This document shows, piece by piece, positions 59,849 through 64,000 of a DNA stretch of 64,000 nucleotides. Both the position numbers and the translations under genes were made by a program. Within the stretch, counting starts at the first letter, position 1; each line of letters begins with the position of its first letter. Below the pieces are notes generated by a model that saw nothing but the letters and a program-made list of their open reading frames with translations, searched no databases and was not told where the DNA came from. The stretch spans positions 204,724,001 to 204,788,000 of the forward strand of contig OZ024743.1 in the NCBI GenBank assembly GCA_964016885.1, read 5' to 3'. Source of the DNA: Eledone cirrhosa. Lineage: Eukaryota.

Positions 59849-62800
59849 AAACACCATTAAAAACTCCATTGTAAAGCTCATAAAAACTCATTAAAAACCC
59901 AATAAAAAGCACACTAAACCACCATTAAAAGCTACATCCGAAACCCATTAAAAACTATATTAAAACACCATTAAAATTCCATTAAAAACCACATTAAAAT
60001 CCATTAAAAATCCAATTAAAAACAGTAAAAACTTAATTGTAAACGTAATCGAAAGCGCAAGTAAAACAACATTAAAACCATTTAACACCCCATTAAAACC
60101 CACAAAAATACCACCAGAACCCATTAAAATCCCATAACCGCCATTAAAATTCCATTAAAAATATTATCAAAAACTTCATTTAAAACATACTGGAAACCCA
60201 TTAAACTTCATAATTCTCGTTAAAAAAAATTCATTAAAAACTCAATCAAAAACCCAATTAAAAGGCCATAAAAGAAACATTAAAACAGCATTTAAAATAC
60301 CATTAAAAACGCCATAAAAAACATTAAAATCCCATTAAAAATACATTAAAGGCCCATTAAAAATTCCACTAAAAACCTCATTGAAAACCCCATTTAAAAC
60401 CTAATTAGAAGCTCATAAAAACTCCCAAAACCCCCCCAAAAAACCATTAAAACGTCATTAAAACGTCATAAAACGCTATTAAAACGTCATTAAAAATGTC
60501 ATTAAAAACTCCATTGATAACTCAATTAAAAACTGCATTTTACCCCCCTCCTCCCCCATTAAAAACACATTAAACACTCCATTAAAATTACCATTAAAAA
60601 CCAATTAAATACTCCATTAAACACTATATTAAAACCGCAATTATAAATTCTTTAAAAATCCAATTAAAAACCATATTATAAACTCCATTAAAAATCCAAT
60701 TAAAAACCCTACTGAAAATCCCATTATAAAATTACATAAAAAACCCATAATAATAGTCCTTTAAAAAACCAATTAAAAATCCTATTAAAACGCCATAAAA
60801 AACACCATTAAAACGTCATTAAAAATACAATTGAAAACACCATTAAAAAATACATTGCAAATTCCATTAAAAGACCCATTAAAAACTCCATTAAAAACAT
60901 CACTAAAAAGCCCATTAAAAAGCTCATAAAACCCATTAAAATACAATTAATAACCAATTAACACTCCATTAAAAACCATTACAACCGTCATTAAAATGCC
61001 ATAAAATACCATTAAAACGCCATTAAGAACGCCATTAAAATCGTCATTAAAAACCTCATTAAAAACTACATTAAAACTTCATTAAAAACTCCATTAAAAC
61101 CTCCATTATAAACTCTATTAAACTCCATTAAAAACTCAATTAAATCCCCCATTAAACCCCCATTAAGCCCCATTAAAAGCCCCTGAAAAATGCAACTAAA
61201 AACCAATTTTAAGACCCCATTAAAACACAATTAAAAGTCCATTGGAAACCCCCATTAAAATTCCATTAAAAATTCATTAAAAACTTAGTAAAAACTCGAT
61301 TTTATACTCAATTAAAAAGGTAATTGAAAACTCAATTAGCACACCATTAAAAACTCATTAAAAAGCCCATAAAAACTCCATAAAAAATCTAATTGAAAAA
61401 CATTAAAAATTTAGTTAAAAACCTGATTGAAAACCCCAATAAAAGTTCATTAAAAAAACTCCATTAAAAAAATCAATCAAAACCCCATTAAAATAACATT
61501 GAAACTTATCGAAGCGTCATTAAGGATACCATTAAAAAACACCATTAAAACGGCATTGAAAACCCATTATAAAAAATTAAAGGATCCGTAAAAAACACCA
61601 TTATAAATCCATTAAAAACCTAATTGAAAAACCCATTAAAACTCAATTTTTAAACTAGATTAAAAACGCAATTAAAAACGCAATTAAAAGCTCAATGAAA
61701 AACCATTAAAAACACCATTAAAAACTCTAAAAAAAAGAGCACTAGCCATTAAAACTCCATTAAAACACATTGAAACCTACTACCCCCATTAAACCCCATT
61801 AAAATTGCATTAAACACATTACACATCCATTAAAGCCCATTAGAAGGACCATCAAATATTTAAATTTAAACTAAATCAGAAACTCGCTTAAAACACCATT
61901 AAAAACACATTAAAATGTCACTAATACCATTAACAACCACACCAAAAACTCCATTAATATACCATTAAAAACCGCATTGAAAACCCATAAAATCCCAAGT
62001 AAAGATCTTTTAAAAAACTACATTAAAAACCCAATTAAAAAACCCATTAAAACGCCATAAAAGTCATTAAAACGTCATTTAAAGTACCATTAAAAACGTC
62101 ACTAGAAACCCAATTAAAAACACATTAAAAATTCCATTTGAAACCATATTAAAAATTTCATTAAATGCAATATTGAAAAACCCATTAAAAACACCAGTGA
62201 AAACTCATATAAATACTCAATTAAAAAACCAATTAAAAATCCTATTTAAACGTCACTAAAACACCATAAAAAACACAATTAAAACGTCATTAAAACACCA
62301 TTAAACTATCATTAAAAATTACATTGAAAACACCATTAAAAATTCAATTAAAACCCCATTAAAAATCCATTAAAAAGATCATCATGAACGCACTTAAACA
62401 CCATCAAAAACGCATTAAAAATTAAATTAAAAAGCAATTAATTTTTTTTATCAAACCCCCATTAAAATTCCATTAAACACTCCATTAAAAACAACATTGA
62501 AAACCCCCATTAAAAGCTCATACAAAATTATATTAAAAACCCAATAAAAACAATTACAACGCCATTAAAACATCATAAAAACTCATTAAAATGTCATTTA
62601 AAATGCCATTAAAACCCTCACGGTGGGAAACGCAATTAAAAACACCATTAGAAATTTCATTAAAAACTCCATTAAAAATCATATTTAAAGTCAATTAGAA
62701 CCCTTATTATAAATTCCATTAAAACCCATTAAGTATCCAATTGAAAAATCCATTAAGAGCTCATTAAAAATACTCCATTAAAAACCCAATTAAAAATCAT

Positions 62801-64000
62801 TAAAACGCATTTAAACACCATAAAAACACAATTAAAACGCCATTAAAAAGACCATTAAAAACTCCATTAAAACATCCTTGAATCTATTAAAAATTTCATT
62901 AAAAACGCAATCAAAAATTCCATTAAAAACCCATTTAAAAACTCATAAACAACACCATTGAAAACCCAATTAAAAACTCCATAAAAAATCCATTAAACAC
63001 CATCGAAAATCACATTAAAATTCCATTAAAACACCATTAAAAAGCCATTAAAACCCAATTTTAAACGCAATTAAAAACTGAATTAAAACACTATTAAAAA
63101 CTCATAAAAAAGGCTCATAAATAATGGGGTTTTCAATTGTTTTTTATGAAATTTATAATATGCCTTTTAATGAACTTTTTAATGGGCTTTTAGTGGAGTT
63201 TTTAATGGATTTTTATGGAATTTTTAATGGCATTATTAATGGTTTTTAATTGGGCTTTTTGTGATGTTTTAATGGCGTTTTTATGACATTTTATTGTGTT
63301 TTGTGGCGTTCTAATGGCGTTTTAATTGGTTTGTTATTGGGTTTTTAATAGAGTTTTATGAACTTTTAATATGGGGTTAATGGGTTTTGAATGTGTTTTC
63401 AATGGAACTTTTAATTGAGTTTTTAATGAAATTTCTAATGGGATGTGTAATTGAATTTTTAATTGGTTTTTAATGGGTTTAGTGGGTTTATAGTGGAGTT
63501 TTTAATGGTGTTTTAATGGTGCTTCGATTGAGTTTTTAATTGAGTTTTTAATTGAGTTTTTACTGAGTTTTTAATTGAGTTCTTATTTTATTTTATTTTA
63601 TTTATTTTTTATATTTAATTTTTTTTTATTTTTTTTTATTTTATTTTATTTTTATTTATTTTATTTTATTTTATTTTATTTTATTTTATTTTATTTTATT
63701 TTATTTATTTTATTTTATTTTATTTATATTTTTTAGTTTTTTTTATTTTATTTTATTTTATTTTTTTTTATTTTATTTTATTTTATTTTATTTTATTTTA
63801 TTTTATTTTTTATTTTATTTTATTTTATTTTATTTTATTTTATTTTATTGAGTTTTTAATTTAGTTTATAATTTAGTTTATAACTTAGTTTATAATTTAG
63901 TTTATTTCTCCCTCTTCTCCCCCTACTGTCCTCTACAGCCAGATCTGCCTTTCTTTACCCCTCCCAAGTCTCTTCCCTCTTCTCCCCCTACTGTCCTCTA
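59849..64000 (+). repeat. Macrosatellite unit U9 (3' part cut by window edge)
   Basis: Ends within the 65-bp pyrimidine-rich duplication. Confidence 0.95.

Overview
Eukaryotic, very AT-rich, non-coding DNA. The window is a head-to-tail macrosatellite of about 10.5 near-identical units of 6.0-6.6 kb, with unit starts at about 6001, 12602, 19145, 25171, 31213, 41644, 47711, 53730 and 59849. Each unit contains, in order: a 3.1-3.7 kb degenerate ~10-bp CCATTAAAA(A) array; an abrupt strand switch to TTTTAATGG; a (TTTTA)n tract; a 2x65-bp pyrimidine-rich island; a second reversed array; a ~390-bp TA-flanked palindrome; a ~200-bp unique spacer; and a (TA)n/TTAA compound microsatellite. One unit carries a 4.4-kb insertion (37020-41441) in its (TA)n block. 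The insertion has two 599-bp inverted repeats, a 134-bp one-sided tail and a non-coding microsatellite-rich body. Each inverted repeat contains a type I hammerhead ribozyme fold with a 10-bp stem I, CUGAAGA/GAAA core, palindromic minimal stem III and an unusually long 116-nt stem II. This matches a truncated or non-autonomous Penelope-like retroelement with inverted pseudo-LTRs. No credible protein-coding gene was found; all listed ORFs are low-complexity artefacts. All comparisons were made by eye.
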